Shown here: piece after piece, positions 26,053 through 36,472 of the stretch | Layout of the letters: each line of letters opens with the position of its first letter | Position numbering within the stretch: the first letter of the stretch is position 1 | Assembly: GCA_023450745.1 (NCBI GenBank) | Contig: JAEXGR010000026.1 | Location: 8,219-72,218 of the forward strand | Source of the DNA: Synergistota bacterium | GTDB taxonomy: Bacteria > Synergistota > Synergistia > Synergistales > Synergistaceae | Direction: 5' to 3' | DNA length: 64,000 nt | Program-made: the position numbers and the translations under genes | The notes under the pieces: generated by a model | Told to the model about the DNA's origin: nothing | Databases searched by the model: none | What the model saw: the letters and a program-made list of their open reading frames with translations, nothing else

Positions 26053-27229
26053 CTAAATAGTTGTCGAAGTATCCCTGAATATAGATGACCGGCGTGCCCT
26101 TGTCGCCGGAGCCCGAGGTGAGGTCGCACAGCGAACCCACGAGGTCCGTAAGCCGCCGCGGCGTCGTGCCGAGCGTCGAGTGTTCAAACCGGCCGAGCGC
26201 GTCTTTCGCGCGTATCGCCTCTTCGACCGCCTGCGCGGGGTCTTTTGCGCCGGCGTTGTCGGCGACATACTTGAACTTTATCTCTTTCGGCATTCCGTCG
26301 AGCCCCTCGGTGTAGCCGGGGGAGACCACGGGATCGGCGAGCTCCCAGATGCCGCAGACGGGGTCTTTAAAGGCGCCGTCGCCGTAGACGAGCACCTCTA
26401 TCTCTTTGCCCGTGCGCCTTTTGAGCTCCGCCTGGAGTTTGCCGACAAAGGCGTCGCAGTCGCGGGGGAAGAGTTTGACGGACTCGTCGTTCGTGTAATT
26501 GGAGCCCAGCAGCCCGTAGTCTTCGTTATAGCCCGCGCCGCCGCGCGCCGGTTCGCTGCATATCTGGTCCATGGTCACGACCTTTTCCGCGCCGCCCTTT
26601 TCCAGAATATCGCGGTGTATCCGGCGGGCGTGGATGCTGGCGACGATCACCTGCTTCGCGAATTTGAGGGCCGAAAGCGGATTGTTTGAGAAGTGGACGC
26701 TGACGCGCCCGGGGTCGATGCCCTTATAAAGCTGGACATAATCGACGCCGGTAAAGGGGTGCTTGTATTCGCCGAAGACGTCGTAATATTCTTTTTCGTC
26801 AAAACACTCGCCCGAGAGTTTGGCGCTGTTGAGGTAGTAATTCATCGGTTCGACGATCTGATTGCCGACCTCGTCCGCAGGATAGGTGAGGAGGACGTGA
26901 ACGTGTCCCTTTATTCCCTTCACCATGCCGCGGAGCAGCTGGTGAAAGCGGTTGCGTGAGAGTATCGGGCAGATGATCGCCACGTCGCCGGCAGGGAACT
27001 TCTTCGCGACGTCGTTGGAAATGTCCTCCAGCGTTACATAGTTGCCCTGCGAGCGGGCCACCAGCGATTCTGTGACGCCGACGATGTCGCGGTCCCGCAT
27101 CGTGAATTTATCTCTCTCTGATTCCGCCGCATTGATTATGCTGTCGGAGATTATTTTTACAATGTCGGCGCCTTTGGTGACGACCGGGAGGCGTATCCCT
27201 CTTGAAACAGTTCCCACATAACGCGTCAT
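26045..27229 (-). CDS. CofE-like (F420-0:gamma-glutamyl ligase family) protein
   Basis: GIRLPVV..G.DI, DIVGVTESLVARSQGN, DLVGSLCDLTSGSGDKGTPVIYIQG. Confidence 0.8.
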   Translation of the reverse strand: MTRYVGTVSRGIRLPVVTKGADIVKIISDSIINAAESERDKFTMRDRDIVGVTESLVARSQGNYVTLEDISNDVAKKFPAGDVAIICPILSRNRFHQLLRGMVKGIKGHVHVLLTYPADEVGNQIVEPMNYYLNSAKLSGECFDEKEYYDVFGEYKHPFTGVDYVQLYKGIDPGRVSVHFSNNPLSALKFAKQVIVASIHARRIHRDILEKGGAEKVVTMDQICSEPARGGAGYNEDYGLLGSNYTNDESVKLFPRDCDAFVGKLQAELKRRTGKEIEVLVYGDGAFKDPVCGIWELADPVVSPGYTEGLDGMPKEIKFKYVADNAGAKDPAQAVEEAIRAKDALGRFEHSTLGTTPRRLTDLVGSLCDLTSGSGDKGTPVIYIQGYFDNYLDD

Positions 27230-27516
27230 TGGATCGTACCCCTCTGCAGAATGATTTTTACAACGTCTTATTGTATCATCTTCACCGTGGTTTGGGATAA
27301 AATAAAAATTACGCCTCTGACAAATACAAAAGGACGCCCCAACCTGTATTTTTTCTGACTATTGTTGATGTTTTGTCCCAATTTGCGATATTTTACTTTA
27401 AAAAAACAGATTGTTAGTATAAAATATTCAGTAAAGGCCGAAAGATAAGCAATTTTCTGATGGGAATGATAGAAATGCTGAAAAAGCTATTGACAGGAAA
27501 TAAAAAATGCCCCATC

Positions 27517-27564
27517 GTCAGTCAGTCAGTCAGTCAGTCAGTCAGTCAGTCAGTCAGTCAGTCA
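27517..27564. repeat. (GTCA)12 tetranucleotide simple sequence repeat
   Basis: Twelve perfect tandem GTCA units in the AT-rich divergent intergenic region. Confidence 0.97.
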
Positions 27565-27710
27565 GGTAAAATATCGGCAAGAACGACAAATATTCTGAGA
27601 GCTATATGTATATATAATGTACATAGAAAGCTCTCTTTTGTATTTTTTAACGGTCAGCTGACGCAGTAATGCCACGGAGCTTTCGCCGCCAAATGATGAG
27701 GAGGATACAT

Positions 27711-30497
27711 ATGAGCGACACTGCCCCCAAAACGGGGAATGAAACGAACGAGCAAAACTACATCGTCGGCATCGGCGCCTCCGCCGGCGGTCTGGAAGCG
27801 CTGCAGAAATTTTTATCGGCGCTGCCTCCCGACACAGGTTTTCCCTATATCATCGTTCAGCATCTATCGCCGGATTACAAGAGCCTGCTTGGCGAGATTC
27901 TGGGAAAATATACGGAGATGCCCGTCATTCAGGTGGAAGACGGGGTGGAGGTCAAGCCCAACTGCGTCTATGTGATCAAGCCGGGCAACAACATGCGCAT
28001 CTCTAAAGGAAAGCTGCGGCTCTTCCCCCAGCGGGAGAAGGAGCTCAACCTTCCCATCGATATGTTCTTCCGTTCTCTGGCGGAGGAGGCGGGGACGCGC
28101 GCGATCGCCGTCGTTCTCTCCGGCACCGGCTCGGACGGCTCAAACGGCATCAAAGATATCAAAGAACGCGACGGCATGATCATCGTGCAGGACTTGGGAA
28201 GCGCGAAATTTGACGGCATGCCGCGCAGCGCCGCGCGGACCGGCTTAGTGGACGCGCAGCTGTCGCCGGAGGATATCGCGATGGAGCTGCAGCACATTTC
28301 CGCGACGGCAAGCAAACAGCCCTATCAGCCCAAGACGGAAAAACAAATTGACGACGAGCTGATGAAAAAGGTCTATGTCATCCTAAAAAAGATCAGCAAC
28401 GTCAATTTCACGCACTACAAACAGACTACCATCATGCGCCGCATCGAGCGCCGCATGATGCTGACCCACAAGGAAACGCTGACTGAATATGTGAATTGGC
28501 TCTACGAATCGCCGGAGGAGGTGCGGACTCTTTCGCGAGAGGTGCTTATCGGCGTCACGAGCTTCTTCCGCGACCCCGAGTATTTCCAGTGCCTCAAGGA
28601 GAAGGCGATCAATAATATTTTGGTGCACAGCGCCGCCGACGAGCAGATACGGGTTTGGGTGGCGGGCTGCTCTACCGGCGAGGAGGCCTACTCCATCGCG
28701 ATCCTCTTCTCCGAGGCCAAGGATATCCTCAAGATCAACAGAGAGGTAAAAATATTCGCCACCGATCTGGATATGGAGGCGATCAACACGGCGGCCAAGG
28801 GAGTCTTCGGCGACAACATCATCGATACCGTTTCGCCGGCGCGGCTCAGCCGCTTTTTCACGCGCAAGAACAACACCTATGTGATCAACCGCGACATCCG
28901 CAAGATGATCGTCTTTTCGCCGCACAACGTTTTTCAGGACCCGCCCTTCGGCAGGCTGGACCTCATATCCTGCCGCAACATGCTAATCTACTTTCAGCCG
29001 GTGCTGCAGAACGACCTCTTCGCGATCTTCCATCAGGCGCTTAAGGACAGAGGCTACCTCTTCCTCGGCAAGTCCGAGGCCATCGGCGCTTTTACGGACG
29101 CCTTCCCCGTAGTGGACGCGGCCGCCAAAATATTTACCCACCGCGGCGATGTGAAGATCCCCGGTACGAGGATCGTGCCCTATCTGCAGACTTCTTATAT
29201 CGAAGATGACTTTGTCGACGACCGCAGCGACCGCTATCCGCGTCACGGCATCCCGGCGAACGCGCCGGCCGCCGAGCAGGACAACATCGACACCTCCATC
29301 CTGGAGCAGTTCATGCCCGCCAGCCTCGTGATCAACGATAAGAACAATATCACGCGCATTTATGGTGAGAGCGGCAACTATATCCATCTGCCCACCGGCA
29401 AGTTTACGAACAATGTCTTCGATTTGATTACGGAAGCGCTGAAGATACCGGCCTCTACGATTCTGAAAGAGGCGCGGGAGAAGAAGGACCGCGTGCAGTA
29501 TAAAGACATTGCCTTTCACGGCGAGCGCGAAGACGCCGTCATTACGATGACGGCGATGCCGGTCACAAGGGTTGTCTCCGGCCATGACGGGCTTTACGCG
29601 CTCGTCTTTACCGAGGCGAACCAGCGCGGGGAAACGCCGGACGCCGTCGCCTACGATATCGACAGGGTCTCCTCCCAGCGGATCACGGATTTGGAACAGG
29701 AGCTGGGCGATGTGCAGGGGCAGCTTGCCCGCAGCGTCGCGGATCAGGAGTGCGTCAACGAGGAGCTGCAGGCCGCCAATGAAGAGCTGCTTACCGCCAA
29801 CGAAGAGCTGCAAAGCTCCAACGAGGAGCTGCAGTCGGTCAACGAAGAGCTGTACACCGTCAACTCTGAATATCAGCAGAAGCTGACGGAGCTCGCGGGG
29901 CTCAACGACGACATCGCAAACTTCCTCTCCTCTTCGCTCACCGGCATCATCTTCGTGGACAACAAGCTGAATATCCGCCGCTACACCGATTATGTGATGA
30001 CGGAATTTTCCGTGATGGACCACGATATCGGGCGCTCGCTCAAATTCATCTCCTACCACTTCCCGTTGGTCGATATCGCCGAGATCTGCGACAACGTCCT
30101 GAAGACGCTGATTCCCGACGAGCGCGAGATCGTGACCAGCAAGGACAAGGTATTTTTCATGCGGGTTTCGCCTTACCGTTCGACAGAGAATAAGATCCTG
30201 GGCTGCGTCATCACCCTCGTGGACGTCACAAAGCAAAAACAGGGCCAGGTGCAGCTGGAAAATACGGAAAAGAAGCTTTCCGTCGCGCAGGAGGCCGTCG
30301 AGGCCAAGAGCGGCTACCTCTTCCGCGTGATGGACGAGCTGGGAACGCCGCTGAGCACGCTGGCGGAATTGTCAAAGCGCGCGAGGACGCAGGCGGCGGA
30401 TTCCGCAGAGCTTCGCGTCAGCCTGGATAAAATGGACGAGACGATCGAACGCATGGAGTCTATCGTCTCCGAGCTCTCCAAGCCGAAAGACGCCTAA
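27711..30497 (+). CDS. CheB-CheR fusion with PAS and coiled-coil regions
   Basis: CheB GASAGG / QHL / SGTGSDG; CheR WVAGCSTGEEAYS, LISCRNMLIYF; NEELQS repeats; SD GAGGAGG before ATG 27711. Confidence 0.92.
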   Translation: MSDTAPKTGNETNEQNYIVGIGASAGGLEALQKFLSALPPDTGFPYIIVQHLSPDYKSLLGEILGKYTEMPVIQVEDGVEVKPNCVYVIKPGNNMRISKGKLRLFPQREKELNLPIDMFFRSLAEEAGTRAIAVVLSGTGSDGSNGIKDIKERDGMIIVQDLGSAKFDGMPRSAARTGLVDAQLSPEDIAMELQHISATASKQPYQPKTEKQIDDELMKKVYVILKKISNVNFTHYKQTTIMRRIERRMMLTHKETLTEYVNWLYESPEEVRTLSREVLIGVTSFFRDPEYFQCLKEKAINNILVHSAADEQIRVWVAGCSTGEEAYSIAILFSEAKDILKINREVKIFATDLDMEAINTAAKGVFGDNIIDTVSPARLSRFFTRKNNTYVINRDIRKMIVFSPHNVFQDPPFGRLDLISCRNMLIYFQPVLQNDLFAIFHQALKDRGYLFLGKSEAIGAFTDAFPVVDAAAKIFTHRGDVKIPGTRIVPYLQTSYIEDDFVDDRSDRYPRHGIPANAPAAEQDNIDTSILEQFMPASLVINDKNNITRIYGESGNYIHLPTGKFTNNVFDLITEALKIPASTILKEAREKKDRVQYKDIAFHGEREDAVITMTAMPVTRVVSGHDGLYALVFTEANQRGETPDAVAYDIDRVSSQRITDLEQELGDVQGQLARSVADQECVNEELQAANEELLTANEELQSSNEELQSVNEELYTVNSEYQQKLTELAGLNDDIANFLSSSLTGIIFVDNKLNIRRYTDYVMTEFSVMDHDIGRSLKFISYHFPLVDIAEICDNVLKTLIPDEREIVTSKDKVFFMRVSPYRSTENKILGCVITLVDVTKQKQGQVQLENTEKKLSVAQEAVEAKSGYLFRVMDELGTPLSTLAELSKRARTQAADSAELRVSLDKMDETIERMESIVSELSKPKDA

Positions 30498-30638
30498 AAA
30501 TAAGCGCGGACGGGGAAATCTGATAAAAACAGGGTACGAAACCGTTATCCATAGTAATATTGTAGCGATATAAAACAACAGGCTCCGCTGAAATAAAGCT
30601 GGACTGGGCGATTCGCCGCGGAGGGGCGCCATAGGACG

Positions 30639-33600
30639 ATGCGAAAGAAGATACTTATTGTTGACGACAAGCAGTTTTCAGGGCAGCCTCTGCGCGAGAT
30701 GCTGGCCGGCGACTATGAGGTGCTGGAAGCCCGCGGCGGCAAGGAGGCGCTGGATATTACCGGCGACCCCTCCGTGGGGGTCTCTGCCATCCTGCTTAAC
30801 GTCCTCCCGAAAGAGGCGGACGGATATGAGACGCTCGCGCGGATACGCGGCGACGCCGACGCTTCATGGGCGCCGCTTATCGCCTTTGCCGGCAAAGACG
30901 ACGGCGAGGCGGAGGCAAAGGCTCTGGCTCTCGGCGCGGACGACTTTATCGTCAGGCCGTATCACGCGGCGGCCGTAAAGCAGCGGCTGAGAAACGTCAT
31001 AGACCGCCTGGGAAGCGCGGAGCGCACAGGCCGGCGGCAGGCGGCGGACAAAGAGCCTCCGTGCGCCGCCGACCAGCTCAAACGGCTGAACGACGGCATC
31101 CCGGGCGGCATCGCCCTGTTAGAGGCGACATCCGGCGGCCTGCGTCTGCTCTACTGCAACGAGGGCTTTTTCGGCTTCTCTGGATACGGGCGGGAAGCAT
31201 ATCAAAAAATGATCGACGACGACCCTCTCTGTCTGGTGCTGCCAGAGGACAGGGCCGGTATATACGAAGCGATTGGGCGGCTGAGAGGCGGCGGGGAGAT
31301 GTTTTGTACCTACCGTTGCTTCGCCGTCGACGGAAGCCTGCGTTGGTTCGACCTTAAGGGCTCGGTCGCGGAGCGGCGCGGCGACACGCTTATCATCAAC
31401 GCCGTGCAGTTCGACGTTACGGAAAGAAAAAAGACGGAAGAGGAGCTGCGCGTCAGCGCCGAGCGCTTCCGCGTCGCGGCGGCTTCCGGCGACAGGGTGA
31501 TCGCGCGCTATGACATCAAGAGCGGCCTTTATTACACTAATTCGAAAACGCTTTTTTCGCTGGGTTTCGGCGACACGATAGAAAATGTGCCGCACGTGTT
31601 TATCGAAAGAGGCGTAGTCTCGCCGGAGTGCGTCGAGGATTATCTCGCTTTTTACGAGAGGATGAAGAGCGGCGAAAAATCATGCAGCGCCGATATCGCC
31701 CTTGTGAGGGAAACCGGCGGGTACCGCTGGCTTCACTGCGACGCCTCCGTTATCTTTGACGGCGACGGCAGCCCCTCGCAGGCGATCATCGTCTATACGG
31801 ACATTACCGAGCAGCGCGAAAAAGAGGCCGTCTACAAAAAATGGCAGCAGTCCCTGCGGCAAAAGGCGCCTGAATCATACACCCTCTTCCGCTGCAACCT
31901 GAGCAAGGACACCTCCTTTGATTCCGTGGAGGGCATGCTCCTGCAAATCCGCTTCAAGAAAGACGCCACCACCTTCAACACCAGAACGCTGGAATACGCG
32001 GCGCAGTACGTCCACCCCGAGGACCGCGATGGCTATATCGCCGCGCTCAACGCCGATACGCTGCTGGCCAATTATTATCGCGACAAAAGAAGCGAGACGA
32101 TCGAATACCGGGAGTCTCTGCCGGACGGCGTGGTCCGCTGGCTGCGGCTTACCATCGAACTGGTGGAATATCCCAACTCTTCGGATGTGGAAGCGTATTT
32201 GATGTACGAGGATATCGACGCCAGCAAGGCGGCGGAGATGAAGGTGAAGGAGACGGCGGAAAACGACCCGTTGACCGGGGTCCTCAACAGGATGGCCTTC
32301 GCGCGGAAGATGGATCAGATCATCCAGAAGAGCAAAGCCTCCCAGCACATTCTGCTGATGCTGGATATCGACGGCTTTAAGCAGCTGAACGACACCTTCG
32401 GCCACGCCGCCGGCGACGACGCGCTGATCGATATCGCCAGGTCGCTGCGCACCGTGCTGCGCCATGGCGATCTGTTGGGGCGGCTGGGCGGCGACGAATT
32501 CGTCATCTGCCTGAAAGACGTTCCTTACGAAGCCGCCGTCGATAAAAAGGTGGAACAGATCTGTACGCTGGTGCGCCGGGCATACAGCGGCGAGGTGCGT
32601 ATTTCGGCGAGCGTCGGCATCGCGCTCTGCCCTCGGGACGGCGATGATTTTGACTCGCTCTACCGCCGCGCGGACGCGGCGCTTTACAGCGTAAAAAAAT
32701 CCGGCAAGGACAACTTCGCCTATTTTAATCATGAAATGGACAGCATTCAGCCCTTCCCGGCGGAGGCTGTCGCGGAGACGGCCGCGGAGAAAACCCCTCC
32801 GGCGGCGAAACGCCGGATGCTGATCGTTGACGACAGCGTGATCAACAGGGCGATTCTCGCCAATATTTTTAGAAACGAATTTACCGTCGAAATGGCGGAA
32901 AACGGCGCGGCGGCCCTGCTGCGGCTGCGCCGTTTCGGCGCGGGGATCTCCGTCGTCCTCATGGATCTGGTCATGCCGGAAATGGACGGCTTCGCCGTCA
33001 TGGAGAAGATGCAGAGCAGCGTGGAAATGTCTTCAATTCCCGTCATCGCCGTCAGCGGCCAGGACGACCATGAGGCGAGCCTGCGCGCCATCAAATACGG
33101 CGCCGCCGATTACGTCACCCATCCCGTAGACCCGGACCTGATCCGTCTGCGCGTACGCTCCGCCGTCAGCAAGGCGGAAAACGAACGGCTGCGGGCCCAA
33201 AACGGCTACCTGATGCTGCAAAGCGGCGAAGAGGCGAAATACCGCACGGTCCTGGAGAGCACCGGCACGGTGGTCATCGAATACGACTGGGTCAACAGCG
33301 TGTTTACCTATGATCCCGCCATTTCCCTGCATATCGCCGGCAAATATGACGACCGCAGGCTGTGGCTCATCCTGATGTCCGATATGGTCGCCGACACCAT
33401 GGACGTGAGGGCGATGCAGGAGTTCGTCCACCGTCTGGCCAACGACCGCGAACGCGACGGCGGCAGCATGACGGTCAGGCTGAAGACCGCTTCCGGCGAA
33501 AAACAATGGTTCCGCATGAACGTCTTCAAACGCAAGGATGAGTTTCAGCTGACTTCGAAGATGCTTCTGACCTACGTCAACGTCAACGAAGAGGTGCTGG

Positions 33601-36116
33601 CGAACGAAAAACTTCGTTTTCAGGCGGAGCGCGACGAACTGACCGGCCTTTACAGCCGCGCGGCGTTCTTTGAAAGGGCCGCGGAGATGATAGACGTTCA
33701 CCGCCGGGGCTACTATGTCATCTGTTGTTTTGACATCAACAACTTCAAGGTCATAAACGACCAATACGGCAGCGAAATGGGCGACGCGGTGCTGAAACAG
33801 GTCGCGGATATCTTTACCCATGGATTTGAGGCCGTCGGCGGCATCGTCTGCCGCATCACGGCCGACAAATTCGCGGTGCTTTACCCCGCCAGCTTTATGG
33901 CTTCGGAAAGGCTGGCAAATATCCGCGAGGCGGCCGCCGTTCTCGACGGTTCGCTGCCGCCGATTTCGTTCAGTATCGGCCGCTATCTCGTGGACGATCC
34001 GTCCCTCTCGGTCAGCGCCATGTACGACAGGGCCGCGCTTGCCGAAGCCTCCGTCAAAGGCCGCTTCGACGCCAATATCGCCCAGTACGACGAGTCGATG
34101 CGCGAACGCCTGCTGCGGGAGCAGCGGCTCGTCAACGAGATGAAGCAGGCGCTGGCCAGCCGCCACTTCGAGGTCTGGCTTCAGCCGCAATACAATCATT
34201 CGTCGGGCGCGCTCATCGGCGCGGAGGCGTTGGTGCGCTGGCGTCACCCCGAATGGGGGCTGGTCTCGCCGGGAGAGTTTATTCCCGTTTTTGAGCGCAA
34301 CGGCTTTATCTATGAGCTTGACAAATATGTGTGGGAACAAACCTGTATGATGCTGCGCGGATGGCTCGACGCGGGGCGCTCTCCGCTGCCGGTGTCGGTG
34401 AACGTCTCGCGCTACGACCTTTTTCACGAAGACCTGATAGAGACGCTCACCGGCCTCATCAGCCGTTACGGCATAGCCGTAGACTTGCTGCGCCTGGAGA
34501 TCACGGAGTCGGCGTTCGCCAGCTCTACCGACCATATCATCGGCGTCGTCAAGCGCCTGATCGACTATGGCTTCACGGTGGAAATAGATGATTTCGGCAG
34601 CGGCTACTCCTCGCTGAATACGCTCAAGGACGTTCCCGCGCAAGTCCTGAAGATGGACATGCGTTTTCTGGAGAGCAGCCAAAACTCTGACCGCGGCGGC
34701 AATATTCTCGAATCCGTCGTGCGCATGGCGAAGTGGCTGGGAATGTCCGTCATCGCCGAAGGCGTGGAGGAAAAAGAACAGGCGGATTATCTGCGCTCCA
34801 TCGGCTGCGATTACGTCCAGGGCTATCTCTATGCGAGGCCGATGCCGGTAGCGGAATACGAGGCGCTGTCAAAAAACATCGCCGGAACAGAGGGCCTCTC
34901 CGTGATGGAAACCGTGGAAAACCTGGACAACAATCTATTTTGGGACCCGAAATCCATGGATACGCTCATCTTCAACACCTACGTGAGCGGGGCCTGCGTC
35001 TTTGAATGGCACAACGGGAAAATAGAGATATTGCGGGCGAACGAGAAATACGCGCGGGCCATCGGCGGCGAAGCGTGCACGGTCAAGGACGCGCTGGAGC
35101 TTGTCTGGGAGGACCATATGGACCCCGCCGCGGCGCGGGCGACGCGCGGCGCCATTGAGCGCGCGATCGAAACGGGGGACGACGCCACTTACGAGGCGGT
35201 TTACTTCGGACTCTTCGGCCGCGAGGGAAAGACGTATCTGCGCACGACCTTCCGCGCCATCGCGCGCACCGGAGACCGCTATATGCTTTACGCTACCAAT
35301 GAGAATATCACGGCTCAGCGCGAAGCCGAACAGAAAGAGCTGGCGGCTCACGAGCGGCTGCAGGCGATCATGGACAATGTCAGCAGCGGCATCACCGCCG
35401 TCGTCACGCGCGGCGAGGAAGTGGACTACCTTTTTGTAAATGACCGCTACTATGAGATGTTGGGCTATACCAGAGCGCAGTACGCCGCCGAGGTCCGCAG
35501 CGCCTTTGACCTCATCCACCCCGACGACCGCCGTTGGGTCTTGGAGGCCGTCGAAGGCGTCAACGCTACCGGCAGGCCGTCGGTAATGGAGTACCGCGTC
35601 ATTCGCCGGGACGGGAGCGTGATCTGGGAGAGGAATTCCATTTCCGTCACCAAATTCAACGGCATAGACGCTCCGGTGCAGCTGGGCGTCGCCATCGACA
35701 TCACCGCCGAGAGGCTCGCGGAGCAGCGGATACTTACGCTCAACGAAAATCTTAAAAATATGATGAACGATACGCCGGGAGGCTTTGCGCGGCTGCGCGT
35801 GCGGCCGGACGGCGTGTTGGCGGCGGAATACGTCAACGATACGCTCTGCCGTATGCGCGGGATGAGCTATGACGAAATTATGGCCGGCGACGGCAAAAAC
35901 GCGACGGATACCATTCATCCGGGCGACCGGGAGCGGGTCGGCGCGGCGGTGGCGGAGATGATTGCCACCGGCGAAACGGGCAACATCCAATACAGGCTGA
36001 GGCACGGGGGCGGCAAATACATTCCCGTCAACGCCTTTGGCCGCGTATCAAAAAACGAGGCGGGGGAGACCTTCATCAACGTCTATTTCACGGAAAGTGC
36101 CTCGGCCGCGCTTTGA
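30639..36116 (+). CDS. Multidomain c-di-GMP enzyme: REC-PAS-GGDEF-REC-GGDEF(degenerate)-EAL-PAS
   Basis: RLGGDEF, second domain TADKF, EALVRW and DDFGSGYSSL, several HPED/HPDD PAS motifs. Confidence 0.92.
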   Translation: MRKKILIVDDKQFSGQPLREMLAGDYEVLEARGGKEALDITGDPSVGVSAILLNVLPKEADGYETLARIRGDADASWAPLIAFAGKDDGEAEAKALALGADDFIVRPYHAAAVKQRLRNVIDRLGSAERTGRRQAADKEPPCAADQLKRLNDGIPGGIALLEATSGGLRLLYCNEGFFGFSGYGREAYQKMIDDDPLCLVLPEDRAGIYEAIGRLRGGGEMFCTYRCFAVDGSLRWFDLKGSVAERRGDTLIINAVQFDVTERKKTEEELRVSAERFRVAAASGDRVIARYDIKSGLYYTNSKTLFSLGFGDTIENVPHVFIERGVVSPECVEDYLAFYERMKSGEKSCSADIALVRETGGYRWLHCDASVIFDGDGSPSQAIIVYTDITEQREKEAVYKKWQQSLRQKAPESYTLFRCNLSKDTSFDSVEGMLLQIRFKKDATTFNTRTLEYAAQYVHPEDRDGYIAALNADTLLANYYRDKRSETIEYRESLPDGVVRWLRLTIELVEYPNSSDVEAYLMYEDIDASKAAEMKVKETAENDPLTGVLNRMAFARKMDQIIQKSKASQHILLMLDIDGFKQLNDTFGHAAGDDALIDIARSLRTVLRHGDLLGRLGGDEFVICLKDVPYEAAVDKKVEQICTLVRRAYSGEVRISASVGIALCPRDGDDFDSLYRRADAALYSVKKSGKDNFAYFNHEMDSIQPFPAEAVAETAAEKTPPAAKRRMLIVDDSVINRAILANIFRNEFTVEMAENGAAALLRLRRFGAGISVVLMDLVMPEMDGFAVMEKMQSSVEMSSIPVIAVSGQDDHEASLRAIKYGAADYVTHPVDPDLIRLRVRSAVSKAENERLRAQNGYLMLQSGEEAKYRTVLESTGTVVIEYDWVNSVFTYDPAISLHIAGKYDDRRLWLILMSDMVADTMDVRAMQEFVHRLANDRERDGGSMTVRLKTASGEKQWFRMNVFKRKDEFQLTSKMLLTYVNVNEEVLANEKLRFQAERDELTGLYSRAAFFERAAEMIDVHRRGYYVICCFDINNFKVINDQYGSEMGDAVLKQVADIFTHGFEAVGGIVCRITADKFAVLYPASFMASERLANIREAAAVLDGSLPPISFSIGRYLVDDPSLSVSAMYDRAALAEASVKGRFDANIAQYDESMRERLLREQRLVNEMKQALASRHFEVWLQPQYNHSSGALIGAEALVRWRHPEWGLVSPGEFIPVFERNGFIYELDKYVWEQTCMMLRGWLDAGRSPLPVSVNVSRYDLFHEDLIETLTGLISRYGIAVDLLRLEITESAFASSTDHIIGVVKRLIDYGFTVEIDDFGSGYSSLNTLKDVPAQVLKMDMRFLESSQNSDRGGNILESVVRMAKWLGMSVIAEGVEEKEQADYLRSIGCDYVQGYLYARPMPVAEYEALSKNIAGTEGLSVMETVENLDNNLFWDPKSMDTLIFNTYVSGACVFEWHNGKIEILRANEKYARAIGGEACTVKDALELVWEDHMDPAAARATRGAIERAIETGDDATYEAVYFGLFGREGKTYLRTTFRAIARTGDRYMLYATNENITAQREAEQKELAAHERLQAIMDNVSSGITAVVTRGEEVDYLFVNDRYYEMLGYTRAQYAAEVRSAFDLIHPDDRRWVLEAVEGVNATGRPSVMEYRVIRRDGSVIWERNSISVTKFNGIDAPVQLGVAIDITAERLAEQRILTLNENLKNMMNDTPGGFARLRVRPDGVLAAEYVNDTLCRMRGMSYDEIMAGDGKNATDTIHPGDRERVGAAVAEMIATGETGNIQYRLRHGGGKYIPVNAFGRVSKNEAGETFINVYFTESASAAL

Positions 36117-36150
36117 CCGCCTTTGCCGCGGATCGTGGGAGGACGGCGAA

Positions 36151-36187
36151 AGAGCCCGCCTGTAAAAGGGCGGGCTCGAATTTTTTA
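36151..36187. terminator. Terminator between convergent genes
   Basis: gagcccgcc / ggcgggctc stem followed by a T-run. Confidence 0.7.
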
Positions 36188-36205
36188 TGCTACGAGAGGA
36201 GCCGT

Positions 36206-36451
36206 TTACTCTGCCAGCGGCAGCACTTCTTTGGCGAAGAACGCCGCCGTCTCCTCCGGCTTTACGGAGTAGAACTTGTCGTTTACCGTCACGCAGACGC
36301 CCTCCTGGCAGCGCCCCATGCAAAAAACGCCGCCGAGGTTTATCTTATCTTTGAGCGCGTGCTCCGCGATCTGAAACTGGAGCCCCTCGACGACCTGACG
36401 TGAACCCTTTACGTGACATGCGCTTCCGATGCAGACTTTGATCTTTATCAT
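36206..36451 (-). CDS. Thioredoxin-like [2Fe-2S] ferredoxin (NuoE/HfsA-like, 81 aa)
   Basis: VCIGSACHVKG...FCMGRC. Confidence 0.85.
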   Translation of the reverse strand: MIKIKVCIGSACHVKGSRQVVEGLQFQIAEHALKDKINLGGVFCMGRCQEGVCVTVNDKFYSVKPEETAAFFAKEVLPLAE

Positions 36452-36472
36452 CTTTGTATTACCTGCCTTTTA

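Noticed and set aside
27460..27669. 69-aa SQSV-repeat ORF as a real protein or phase-variable N-terminus of CheBR
   Set aside because: No clear SD; a TAA at 27648-27650 in the cheBR frame blocks fusion; cheBR has its own strong SD at 27711. Kept only as a possible leader.
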